A stretch of 64,000 bases of DNA. It comes from the human T2T-CHM13v2.0 reference genome, Homo sapiens. The notes under the pieces are model-generated. The model saw nothing but the letters and a program-made list of their open reading frames with translations, was not told where the DNA came from and made no database searches. Positions 52,839 through 64,000 of this stretch are shown here, in pieces. Each line of letters begins with the position of its first letter. Within the stretch, counting starts at the first letter, position 1. The DNA lies in NCBI RefSeq assembly GCF_009914755.1, contig NC_060945.1; one strand, given 5' to 3'. Position numbers and translations under genes: made by a program.

Positions 52839-54228
52839 TACAGATACCTGAGCGAAGTGTGAGCATGAACTTTTGGCTCTCTGAAGGTTGTGCGTCCCAG
52901 ACCAGGGCCTGATGGGGCAGTGTGCTGGCCCTCGAGATGAATAGTGAGGACACAGCCTTGTTGAAGCTGAATGAGCGAGGGTAGGAATGGCAGTATTCTC
53001 GTTTCTGATCTCTTGCTGCACATCCTGATGTTCATATTTGCCTTTCTTTCTTAAGGGTATTTCCATTCTTCTGGTGGTCCAGGGTATTTTTTTTTTCTTT
53101 TTTTTTCCTTTTAATAGCTCTTCTGTCAATCTCCCAAAACAACCATTTGGTTTGCAGATCTGTCAGTTTTTGTATGTAGACTTTTCCCTTCAGTTACTCC
53201 TGCCCTGCTACATATTCTTATTGCAACGCTTCTCAAACTCTTCACTACCCAGTTTTTTTCTGTCTTGCACTCCCTTGCTTAGAAATCTTTGCTGACAGTA
53301 AATATAAACTTGGCTTATTTTTTTTAAAAAAAGTATTTCCTCTTGGTTTAGCCTGTGTAGATAAGGAAAAACAATGGAAGAACTCTTTTTTTCTTCTGAA
53401 TTCAAAATATTTACATATATAATAGTTCAGCTAGATTATGGGCCAACTAGGCTTTTGTGAACTTACTTAGAAACCTGAGGTTCAAGTAAGATTCACTTAC
53501 ATAATTCACGTTCCTATTTAATATAATATTTTCATGGGAAAGTGAATTATGAGTTATAAACAATGCATATATTTTGTTTGAAGTCTAGTTCATTGATAAG
53601 TTGATGACTAGCATATATTTTGGAGTTAGCAGAGAAATGTTTGGTAGTTGGTGTATAAGTTTTACTCATGGTATTCCTTTGTAAGTGAAAGATTTAGTAG
53701 GATGAGTATCACGTTTTGATATATATTTCTCACTTTACAGGAAAAATGTTTTAATTTGGACTCTCATAAAAATGTAGATTACTGCTTAGATGCATTTGTA
53801 ACATGATTTTATACAGTGGCACCCAGCTAACTGTTCCCATGTGTGTGCTGTTGAATTGTATTCACGCTAATACTAGAGGGAGAGTTGGTTAAAAATAATG
53901 TTTTTAGTGTTTTACCAAGGTCTTGCCTTGACACAGATATGAGAATATTAATAATGCTCTGGCATTGAGATGGAAGTTTTACAAAGGCTAATTTTCTGTA
54001 ACTGACTTTTACCAGTTAGAAGTTGTTTATAGCCAAAGTTATTCTGTTTCTTTTGTAAGCATGTGAGAATATCTGAGCGCTAGTTTTTATTATAAATTGA
54101 TAATTCGTTACATGTTTTACACAAATCATTATTCCACTAAGTCCAGAAAAAGAATAAATTGGGTTTAACCAGTCTGTTGAAATAACATTTTATTTTCTTT
54201 TACTGGTCTTAAAATCATGTGAATTTGG

Positions 54229-54338
54229 TATGTGAGGTATCTTTCAGGATTGCATTTGATATGTGAGGCATCTTTCAGGATTGTATGTGTGGACCGTATG
54301 TGAGGGATCTTTCAGGATTCAGCTATCTTTCAGGATTG
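54229..54338. repeat. Irregular tandem repeat with core ATCTTTCAGGATT, 4 copies
   Basis: Cores at 54239, 54270, 54307 and 54325. Confidence 0.9.
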
Positions 54339-55069
54339 TCATATTGTTCTAAAATACCCTGTGAAAAGAAGCAGTTTTATGGATTAATAGGAAGATCATG
54401 GAAGAAAATTGTTACAATTACAATGAAATTAAAATAATAAGTAAACCTCCTCCATTGCTTAAAGGAAAAAGTCCCAGCTTTTCAGTTAAGGATTGTTAGT
54501 CTCTGGTCTCAACCAACTTTTCCAGCATTAAGGACTACTATTCCTCTATACCAGGGATTGGAGGCTCAAATTCCCAGCTGGGGTACAGGTGTGCCTATAT
54601 GCTGAACCCTCCGCTATTGGAGATGCCTGGAGTGGCTGGAGCCATTTAATATGGTCGTTCTAGCCACAAGCAGCTTTATCCTTTTACACCCATGTGAGGT
54701 ACAAGATATGCGAGGATGCAAGGGCAAGGAAGGTAATGTGAATGTGTGTGGCTGGCCAAGTTGGGGGCGGGGGCAAAATGAAGAGTGAATATTCTATCTA
54801 AAGAGAGCTGCTACTACTACTTTTATTACACTCTGGCTTTGTCACAATGATTATTGCCATGCAGGAATCGTGTAACCAGGTCTTCTGGTTTTTTTTTTTC
54901 CTCCCAGAGCGTGAGGGAAGTAATACCTATTATTGTACACATACAATCTCCTAATCTTTATCTTTTGCCAGTTATTTCAAAAAATTTTGAATGACATTGT
55001 AAAAACCAAAGAAAACCATTTTCAATTATGATTTGTTTCATAAAAAACATGTCTAAGAACATGGAGTAG

Positions 55070-56448
55070 ATGGTGATTCTTGTTATTTTTGCTCTCAGGA
55101 CCCCTTTACACTCATAAAAATTATTGAGAACCTCAGAGCTTTTGGGTACATAAAATTTACTATTTTAGAAATTAAAACGGAGAAAAGCTTAGGCTATTAG
55201 TTCATATTAAAATGTCAGTCTATTATGTTTGAATAACATATTTTATGAAAAACACATTTGCTGAAACAAAATGGTTAGAAGATTACGTTGCTTTACATTG
55301 TTGCAAGTCTTGAATGTCTGCCATATTAGAGGAGAACTAGAGTCTCCAATGTGCTTCTGAAGGTTTGCATTCTATTGCAATAAGTTGTTTTGGTTGAAGT
55401 TTGTGAAGAAAATCTGGCTTTACCCAGATAATAATTTAGAAAAGGGAGGAGTATTTTAACTGATAATCAGATAATAATGGATATTCTTTTTAATGCTATA
55501 CCCAAACTTAACAGATGGTAATTTCTTAAAGATTAGTTGCAATGTGGAATTCGAAATCACATCAGTTATTCTATGGTGGTATCAACAACCTTTTCATGTT
55601 ATGTTGCATTAAAATCCATTAGTGTTTCTTGCTTTTTGGATGGATCTTTTACCCATGCATGAGTTTGTAACACTGTGCATTGGTAATTTGAAAAGATTTC
55701 TTTTTAAATGCTTGAAGAATGTCTACTATAAGAAAAAGTTGAATTTGTTAATATCACCACTCATATACAAGCCTTTAAGTATTGAGAAGATATCAAGCTC
55801 ACAGTGGTAGAAACAAGTTTTTCAAAGTTTAGATTTTTGCTTGAAAATTCCATATTAATCATTGTCAACAGATACATTTGTTTTCCTTAAAGCAACAGGC
55901 TCACTTTTTTTTTTCCAGACAACATCTGCCAAATACTGAAGTCTGAATAATTCTAGTTTGTAGTTTGTTAGTTTTTCTTTTAAATAAAAATTGCATTCCA
56001 TGGGAAAAATCAGTTTAGCTTGTAACTCATTTTACACTAGTTGTTAGCAACAGCATACTCTGGATATATCGCAGAAGTACTTTATGTGTACTTCTTATGT
56101 TAGAATTAAACATAAATCAAGGTTTGAGGTTTAATAAAATTAGGTTTAATCTTTTCGCCAAGAACATAATTCTAAAAGAAACTGGCTTGGCTTCTGTTTA
56201 AAACAGTGAGTGTGTATATTTGTGACTAATACAATGAATTATGCAACTTGGTGCTGCTGCCTTGATTTGTGCTAAGATGCAGCAGTTTTATTCAATATCG
56301 TTTTGCATCATTGGTGCAAATGTGGCTACAGTACAAAAGGCAAATAATATCTGAGTAGTATTATTTTTTTATTTAAGGACTTTCCTCCCTTTTTTCAAAG
56401 GGGCCCTGGGGACCCCAAGGATCAATGGACCATATTTGAAGAACTGCT
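55070..56448. mobile_element. Charlie1a-like hAT DNA transposon
   Basis: ctcaggacccctttacactcataaaaattattgag start; ggaccatatttgaagaactgct end; about 1.4 kb. Confidence 0.75.
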
Positions 56449-57154
56449 AGTAAGGCAGAAAGACCACTGGATTTAAGAGTTAGAAGACTTAAATTTTGAA
56501 GCCTGTGCACCATTCTCGCGTCTTATGATGTGCTTCATTTCTCAGAATTTCAGTGATTTCATTTATAAAATATATTTGGGGAAAAAACATCTTGTTTTTT
56601 GCTTTTTTGTTGCTTGAATTACAATTGATGAATTAGGAAAAGCTGTAAGTGTAAGTTGTTGCTATTTTTAAATTAGTTTCGGCTATAGCCCATTTGTTTT
56701 ACTTGTCAGTCATGATACAGTAAACATTCTAGAAATTTTCAAATAAGGAATTTAATACAGGGGATTAGGTTCTTTAAAAAATCACTGGAAGGACTGGAGG
56801 AAAGCTCTAGCTCAGACTTCTGAAATGACTCCCACATCATTGCAGGACTGACCAGTCAGGGAAGCGACCAGTCAGGGAAGCGGCTACTTCTGTCACAATT
56901 AGGAAAGCGGCCTCTTGGACTACTGAGTTCAAGAACATACTTCTATAGCTGCAGCCCAGGAAACAGGAAGCCAGGATTAGGTACTGCCTCTGAGCTATGC
57001 CTGGAAATTGGAATGCAAAGTCTAGTTGCCGCTTATATTCCATCTCTTGACATTCTTAAAGCTGGAAATTGGAGCCTGGAATACTGTGGAACAACTTAAA
57101 TCTTTTCAATCAAGCTAGAGAAAACAGCCAAAGGCAACAGGATAATGGTTGCCA

Positions 57155-57178
57155 CCCCCCCCCCCCCCCCCCGCCCCC
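57155..57178. repeat. Poly-C tract (C18-G-C5)
   Basis: Direct read. Confidence 0.9.
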
Positions 57179-58059
57179 GCTGCACTCTGCCTTCCATGTC
57201 TCGTGTTAGTGCATTCTAATGGATGAGGCCTAAGTTTCATCCAAAACCCTAACTGCCAGTGAATAAGGAAGATAGTTTTTCTGTTTTTTTTTATGTTTAG
57301 TTTCTATAATTGAAGAAAGTAAACTTAAGAGAACGAGTTAATGGAATCTGACCGCTAATTAATCACACACCTAAACCCTGTTTTTCTGCTTCTCTGTGAT
57401 TTTCAAATTTTTTCCACTTTTCATTATCCTTTCTCTACTTAGACCTAAGTTCTAGCCATTTTAATAACCAAGATAGCTTTCATTTTTATGAGGCATTCCA
57501 TACCTTTTTAATCCTCACTGCTTCATCAGTGTTTATGAATGTTCAGTTCTGGGTTACACTCATCTTCAGCTGTGGTCTGGGTGGACTTGGATTTTGTAAC
57601 CAGACTTGTAAAACCTTTGGCCTGCTGTTGCCTGTAAAGTGATTCACCATTTCAATTACTATGCTATATAAATCTTTCACATTTTACTTGCCTGTATTTT
57701 TGGGGGGCCCTACTTAATACACTTTTGTGAGGTTTTATTATACTCTCTAAAGACATTAAAAAAAACACCACCACTTCCTTCCATGATCAGGTATTCTTTC
57801 TCATATTTTAAATCTTCTTACAAGCTACTATTTGGAGAACGTGTGGATAAAAATAGAAGTAGACTCTGGAAAATATCAATATACATTACTTTTTTTCATT
57901 AAATATATAATATGCTTTTCTAGTATTTATGTAAAACCTTATAGCCATATGGTAAAATAAAGCCACCTTATCCTCCCCATCCTCTATCCTGTTTGTTTTT
58001 TTTTTCCTCTTCTAAAATTGTATGATTACAAAGAAAATATTTTTAACATGTCTAAAATA

Positions 58060-58275
58060 CACCAACCTGGGCAAGACGCAAAACCTTGTATCTACAAAAA
58101 ATTAAAAAGAAAATTAGCCAAGTGGTGCATGCCTGTAGTCCTAGCTACTCTGGAGGTTGGGGCGGGAGGATCACTGGAGCTCAGGAGTTTGAGATTGCAG
58201 TGAGCTGTGATCATGCCACTGCCCTCTAGCCTGGGTGACACAGTGAGACACTGTCTCTAAAAAATAAAATTTAAA
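58060..58275 (+). mobile_element. 5'-truncated AluJ (sense) in intron 3
   Basis: accaacctgggcaa...gcagtgagctgtgatcatgccactg...A-rich tail. Confidence 0.88.
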
Positions 58276-59321
58276 ATAAGCAAATAACTAAAATGAAGGC
58301 AAAACGTGTCCAAAATACAAATAAGCATAATCCCAACCATGCAAAGATAATAACAGATAGTTTCTCTTTCTGATCATATTATTTTGTAACCTGTTACCAC
58401 TTCCCTACTTAGCAATATACCATGGTTTCTATCACTGTTGAAATGATAATGGGAGTATTTATCATTGGCATCATCTGGGTTAGGGAAATTGACCAATATA
58501 TATTGGGAAATTGGATTAAAAGTCATTTTTATTGAAGGCGGTATTAGTTGTAACCTTTTTTGGAAAAAGAATTAATACTTAATAGCATCAAGGCTATTTT
58601 TTATTAGAAGAGGGCTTGTTTCATTCACTTGTATATTTCATTTTTGTGAAATGAGAATCTTGTTTTAAATTAAAAGGACTGCATATTTATTAAGCAATTC
58701 AGATTGTATAGAAGTATTTAAATAGAAAGTGAAAGATTCTTATACTTCTTCCTCCTATAACTCCTTTCCTCAGAGTTAACCACTGTTAATAGTTTGGCAC
58801 ATTCTTTCAGAATTTAAAAAATGTATGTGTAAATGTACATCTCTGGTTAGTTTCTGAAACATCAGTTTTTAAGAGTTCACTGTTAATTATTGTAATTTGA
58901 TAATGTCTAGATGGTAGTAGTATGGACAGAATTTAATACGTATGTAATCGGGTTAACTTCAGAAAGCAGAAATGTCAATGTTTAATTGTATTGATTTCAA
59001 TTTTTGTTGATAAACCATTCTCAGCAGTCTTTCTGCTTATTAGCTTTTAATAAGAGACCTCATAGTAAATACAGAGATTCTTCTACAGTGAAATATATTT
59101 CTGCTTACTGCTTTAGGTATATTTTATCAAAAAAATCATTGAGTTACTGAGTATGACCAGTTAAAAATATGTTTGCATTTATTTTTAGATAGGCTTTTAG
59201 AAATACAAAATTAGTTGGTACTGACTGGTTTAAAGAGTATATTGGATATAAAATCTCCATAATAAAAATCCTTTCATTTTGTTTTACTTTTAATTTTGAG
59301 AAAGATAGTTTTGCTTTTCAG

Positions 59322-59445
59322 ATGTGATTGATCTCACTGGAGATGATAAAGATGATCTTCAGAGAGCAATTGCCTTGAGTTTGGCCGAATCAAACAGGGC
59401 ATTCAGGGAGACTGGAATAACTGATGAGGAACAAGCCATTAGCAG
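59322..59445 (+). CDS. USP25: USP25 coding exon 4 ([24 protein letters not shown]...DEEQAISR; SIM, UIM1, start of UIM2)
   Basis: Acceptor ttttgcttttcag|AT, donor CAG|GTAAAA; 124 nt; split Asn90 codon A|AT joins exon 3 in frame; contains SIM VIDL (59324-59335) and Lys99 (59348-59350). Confidence 0.98.
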
Positions 59446-59757
59446 GTAAAAACATAATTTGTATAAAGCAGATATAAGTACTTTTAAAAATAGAAATCAT
59501 TAATTGGGTTAAATTAATTTTAAGAGGTAATAAGATATACTTTGTTACTCTAAACTAGTAATATGCTTGTGTATTTTTAAATTTTATGTAACCAAAATCT
59601 TCATATTTAGTTTTGATTGCAATTGGGTTTAGATTTTTAAGATTTTGGGATGGTGTTATGAGGGATTACATTTAGGTGCATATTTTAATATTTCTTTCAT
59701 TTTTTTTCTTCCCCTAATCTTTTTTGGATGCACTGTCCAATTTGCAACAATTTATAG

Positions 59758-59976
59758 CAAGGGTCAGCATCCTTTTTCTGTAAAGGGCTAATAGTAAATA
59801 TTTTTGGCTTTGTTGGCTATAGGGTTTCTGTTATAGCTATTCAGCTCTGGTGTCATAACGCAAAAGCAGCTATAGCTGATAAATAATATAATGAGCTTGG
59901 CTGTATCCTAATAAATCTTGATTTACAAAGGCAGCCAGTTGGTTTTGTCCTCTCGGCTGTGGTTTGCTGACTTCTG
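59758..59976. mobile_element. MER58A (hAT) element
   Basis: caagggtcagca...tgctgacttctg inverted termini; ttttctgtaaagggctaatagtaaatattt. Confidence 0.8.
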
Positions 59977-62882
59977 ATCTATAGCATGATAATATGTTTA
60001 TATATATTGTTCAAATAAATGGGCAGGGCTCCAAGATGTGTGCTAGAATGCAGTTTTTCATTTAATAACCAAAACTTTGTAGTTTGAAACAGTTTGATTC
60101 ATCTAAGGACTAAAAAATACATTTGGTTTTCATAATACCTCTAAAAATGGAGATATAATAATTTAATAAGCCATAAAGTTGTAACTAACTGTAATCCTCT
60201 AAACAACTATTTGAAGGCAGTGGTAACTCTATGTTACTGAAGAAGAAATTTACTTGCAAGAGGTTAAATGTGCTTTTTCCAAAGGCACACAGCTCAGATG
60301 CATCTTAAGACTTAAATGTTCTTTTCCTTTAACATAGTCCTTTGGTAACAGAATGTACCAAATTTCTCAGGTAATTTTTCTTGGCACAATATCAATAGGA
60401 GATTTCTTTCCAAATAATCAGAGATTACTATATGGTAGGAAATGTTTCAAAATGCTATGTTTAGCAAAGGCATATAATTTTTTATCTTAGTGCGACTTTT
60501 TAATGTCTTTAAATGTTACTTTGGAAACTACTTTGTAAGACATTATATTATGTAAAGACTTAATTAAACTCTATTGTCCCCCTCATTAGTTGTGGCTAAT
60601 ATTTATTGCCAGGAACTTTAAATGAAAACCAAAAAATACGTAGTTAGGCTTATTTTCTGAAGCATTTGAGAAATTATATGAATTGGGCTTTTTCTTTTTA
60701 AAACGTGTATTGCAATGCATAATTGTCTTGAATAATTATGAAACAACAATACTTAAACTTTGAGAAATATTTTAAATACAAAACACATGAGTTGGATTTC
60801 ATATGTAAGGGGCATGGTTTTATGTGAAAAGGGTTATAAAAAGAATGTATACTTGATACAAATATTATTTTTAAAATTATATTTTTGTTTATATGAATTT
60901 ATATGAGTATATGAATATAAAATATATGTGAGCTTATATACCCAATTAGTATCAGTCGTTCTATTATGTGTTTTCTAATTAAAACAACAGGTACTAATTA
61001 TATAATAAAAGTAAGGTAATATAAAAAGGGATGAAGGCTGTTCCTAATTTGATATTCAGTTCAATGTATATGTTATATTATTGTTTTGGATAGTTGTTTT
61101 TATCCAAAATGGCAAAAGAAAATCTCTTCAGATAATGCTGTTTTTTCATTCTAGGTCTTTTACATTTTAATATAATTTAAAAATAGTAAATATTTGGTAG
61201 ATATTATTATTGTAGATGACATAGAGATTCGGCATAATGTAACATGCCATAAAGCTATGCTCCCTAGAAGTAAAAGAGTCATATTAATTATGTGTAAATT
61301 CAATAACCCGCAATGAGCAAATGGGTGTTCAATGCAAAATATGCATTTAATAAACTTATATGTAAATCATATTGTATTAGGAAAAGAGGATGTGGAGAGT
61401 TCTAGCTAAACATTATCAGAGATATATTTGCTCATATGGGTTTATTAAGGTATAGAACTCTAAATTCAAAAGAGAAAATGATGCATTTTAAAGGAAGACA
61501 TTTATATATTATGCTTAAAAGTAAATTAACTCCTTCTTCATTACTGAAGTTGATATAGGGAAAATCTTTGCAAATAAAATTCCAGAATCATTTGCTTATT
61601 ATATTTTAGTAGACATAATTTAATGTGAAGTTACACATTAGGATACTACATTGTGTGTAATTTGATGAGATAAAGCCTGTCTTTTTACGTCTTAGAATCC
61701 TGTGTTTAGGCATTTATACGTTTCATGCTAAAATTTTTTAAGTAGAACGTTTTTAAAGTATTTCTTTATACACTTTTTAGTGTCAGAATTGGGTGTATTT
61801 ATTATCTCTTGATTATCACTGCCAGGACACAAGTGGAGTATGGACAGTTGAAATTTGTTAATAAACTACATTGTGACTGGTTTGTGTCTATGGCATATTT
61901 CTTGTGAAAATGGCTTGCCTCATGAAATAACTTTGAAGTGCCTCATTAGAAGATAGTGCTAAGTTTTCTAGCTAAAATTGTTACAAAGAGCACGCACCTT
62001 CAACAATTTCAAGAAGTAGTAGACTACAGATTCTTTTTTTCCTCATTACTTCTGTGTTTCAACTAGTTATTTCTTGTTATCTTCAGCCTGGAGTTGCCAT
62101 TGGGGAAAGAAAGAAGGATCATGTCCAGGAATAGTCAGGGTGGAATTCTGAATTATTAAAATAGGTCTGTATAACTCCTACATTTTTTATCCTTATCATT
62201 ACTGAGGAAGCAGCTGTGAAGGGGAACTGTCTAAAGATGGTGTGTGAAACAGGAGTGGATGAGGGAGGCAGAGTTAGAAATCTTTTAAAATTGATCTTTG
62301 AGGAGGATTTCGGTGCTCAATAATTCCAGATACTTGTGGATGCTAAGGAGCATGGAAGGGCCATCGAATAACCATCAAACCATTTAAGGTGTGTTATGTC
62401 AGATTATAGATGATCTGGAAAAGTAAGAAATATGACACAGATTAGTTTCCTGGGCTACAAGGTTGTGGCTGCAGGTGACTGATGAACAGCAGCAGTGTAA
62501 CTTGAAAAAGTATCAGCAACAGTGAGGTACCACTGATATCCCCAGGAAGAGGGATCAACTGGTCGATGTAGTCAGGCTGTCCGTGTGGCAGGAGCCACAC
62601 CCCATGCAATGTGGGCTCTCCTACGGCCAGATACACAGGTCAACTTTTGGTAGGAATCACATGTCTGACAAGTAGTGGTAGCTTCTGTGTTAGAAACGTA
62701 GAGTTCCTTAATTTGTACTCTGTATACGATTGTGGATGTGATTCCATTTTGGGTATTGTGATTGTGGCAGTGGTGGTGATCTGGGTTGTGCAAGTTTGAT
62801 CAAAAGCTTTATTCTGTTCATCTCATTGAAGAACACATTAGAGCACTCATCCATCACAATGGCTAAAATTAAAAAGACTGAT

Positions 62883-64000
62883 GGGAAGTGATGTCAGCAA
62901 GATCGCCAACTAGAGTTGCTTGGCTATCATTTCCCTCACAAAAAAGGAACCAAAACAACGAATAAGTTTATTTTGTCTGGAGTGACTGAGGAAATGCCCT
63001 GGAGAGTACCAAGAGAACAGCAAAGTCCCTGTGGAGCATAGAGTCAAGAATAGCTCCACAGGGAGGAGACCAAAGTATCCTGCCTCTGCCATACTGTCTC
63101 CCCTGCGAGGATTGAATCAAAGCCAGGGGGTTCCTCTTCTTATAGGAAGAAGGTAAGCGGAGAATCATCAGTCCTCATCACCACCACAGGTGCCAGCAGT
63201 CACTGCTACAAGAGAGTTCCCCAGTCCTCACAGGTCCCAAGTCCAGCATGAACAGTTGCTGAAAGTGCATGTGGCTACATTCCCCCACAGCAGGAACCTC
63301 TTTGACACCCTGCACCCCTGCAATCCAAGCAGCTAAGGGATGACACAACTGTGAAACCAAGCCCACATCTGGAGTGCTTCCTGACCTGGAGGCCAGTAGC
63401 CACCCTGTATCCCAGAGGCATTGCCCTCATTCCACAAAGTTCACACAAGTGCCTCTAGCACTAATACCTTGGCTACTTGGAGCCTAGGCTCAAAGGCACA
63501 ACTGGGGCCCTGATACCTAAACCCACAAGGCTCCCTATTACCCAGGGAAGCAGGTGGGCCTGCATGGCCGGGCAGCCCCATGCGGCCACCAGGCTAGTGT
63601 ACATCTGTCCCTGGCTCTAGCTGGCCTGGAGGTGGCCCCACCCCAAGGGAGAGAGTAGTATACAGCCAGTGGGCCTGTGTGAACTTGCTCCCAGCTTGAA
63701 TAGCTGGCCCAGAGGTTGTCTGCCTGTACCACTGGAGGATTGTGCACAGCTGCCGGGCCACAATTTCCTGCCTTTAGTCCAATAGCTGGTTTGGAGGCAC
63801 TCTTTCCGCAGCTCAACCCTACATCACCAGAGTCATGCACAGCCTCCAGACCTGTGTGCATCCACCCCTGGCCTGATAGCCAGCCCAGCAGTAACCCTGC
63901 TGCCATTCAGGAGAGACAGTCGTACAACCTTTCTGGCCTGCTGCATCAGCATGTGCCTGACCAGCAACCAGCTTGGTGCCAACTCCAGAAAAACCATGCC
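62883..64000 (+). mobile_element. 5' UTR of an old L1 (L1M/L1MA-type), continuing past the window end
   Basis: gggaagtgatgtcagcaagat.g L1 5' start followed by a GC-richer repetitive UTR. Confidence 0.65.

Noticed and set aside
54229-54338. Direct repeats with variable spacers resembling a CRISPR array
   Set aside because: Human intron; 13-bp core with irregular, related spacers and no cas genes
62190-62880. Purine-rich segment with short ORFs before the L1 5' end
   Set aside because: No match to the expected next USP25 exon (VLEASIAENK...) and no identifiable product; probably an old repeat I cannot name

Overview
Human (primate) genomic DNA containing the upstream region, CpG-island promoter and first four coding exons of USP25 (ubiquitin-specific peptidase 25, chr21q21.1) on the + strand. 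Exons 11810-11854, 44306-44383, 47412-47556 and 59322-59445 splice in frame through GT-AG introns to give residues 1-130 (UBA, SIM, UIM1 and the start of UIM2); the catalytic domain lies beyond the window. Intron 1 (about 32.4 kb) hides a heavily disrupted antisense processed pseudogene of RBPMS2 (probably the locus annotated RBPMSLP). It sits inside an old L1 and is itself split by a solo ERV1 LTR and two stacked Alus. The rest is repeat-rich: Alu, L1, L2, MIR, MaLR/ERV LTRs, and hAT and Tc1/mariner fossils. There is no prokaryotic system, CRISPR array or recognisable RNA gene, and I found no convincing new protein-coding gene. The most interesting structures are the nested retrocopy with an RNP1-removing deletion; a nested, apparently inverted THE1 LTR fold-back; an in-frame uORF plus (CCG)8 in the 5' leader; a sense HERV-E LTR2 in intron 1; a duplicated ETS/RFX plus IRF motif module; a MEIS/PBX-HOX motif cluster in intron 3; and an exon 2-3 back-splicing architecture. 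Repeat subfamily names come from recalled consensus sequences, and their boundaries are approximate unless a target-site duplication (TSD) is quoted.
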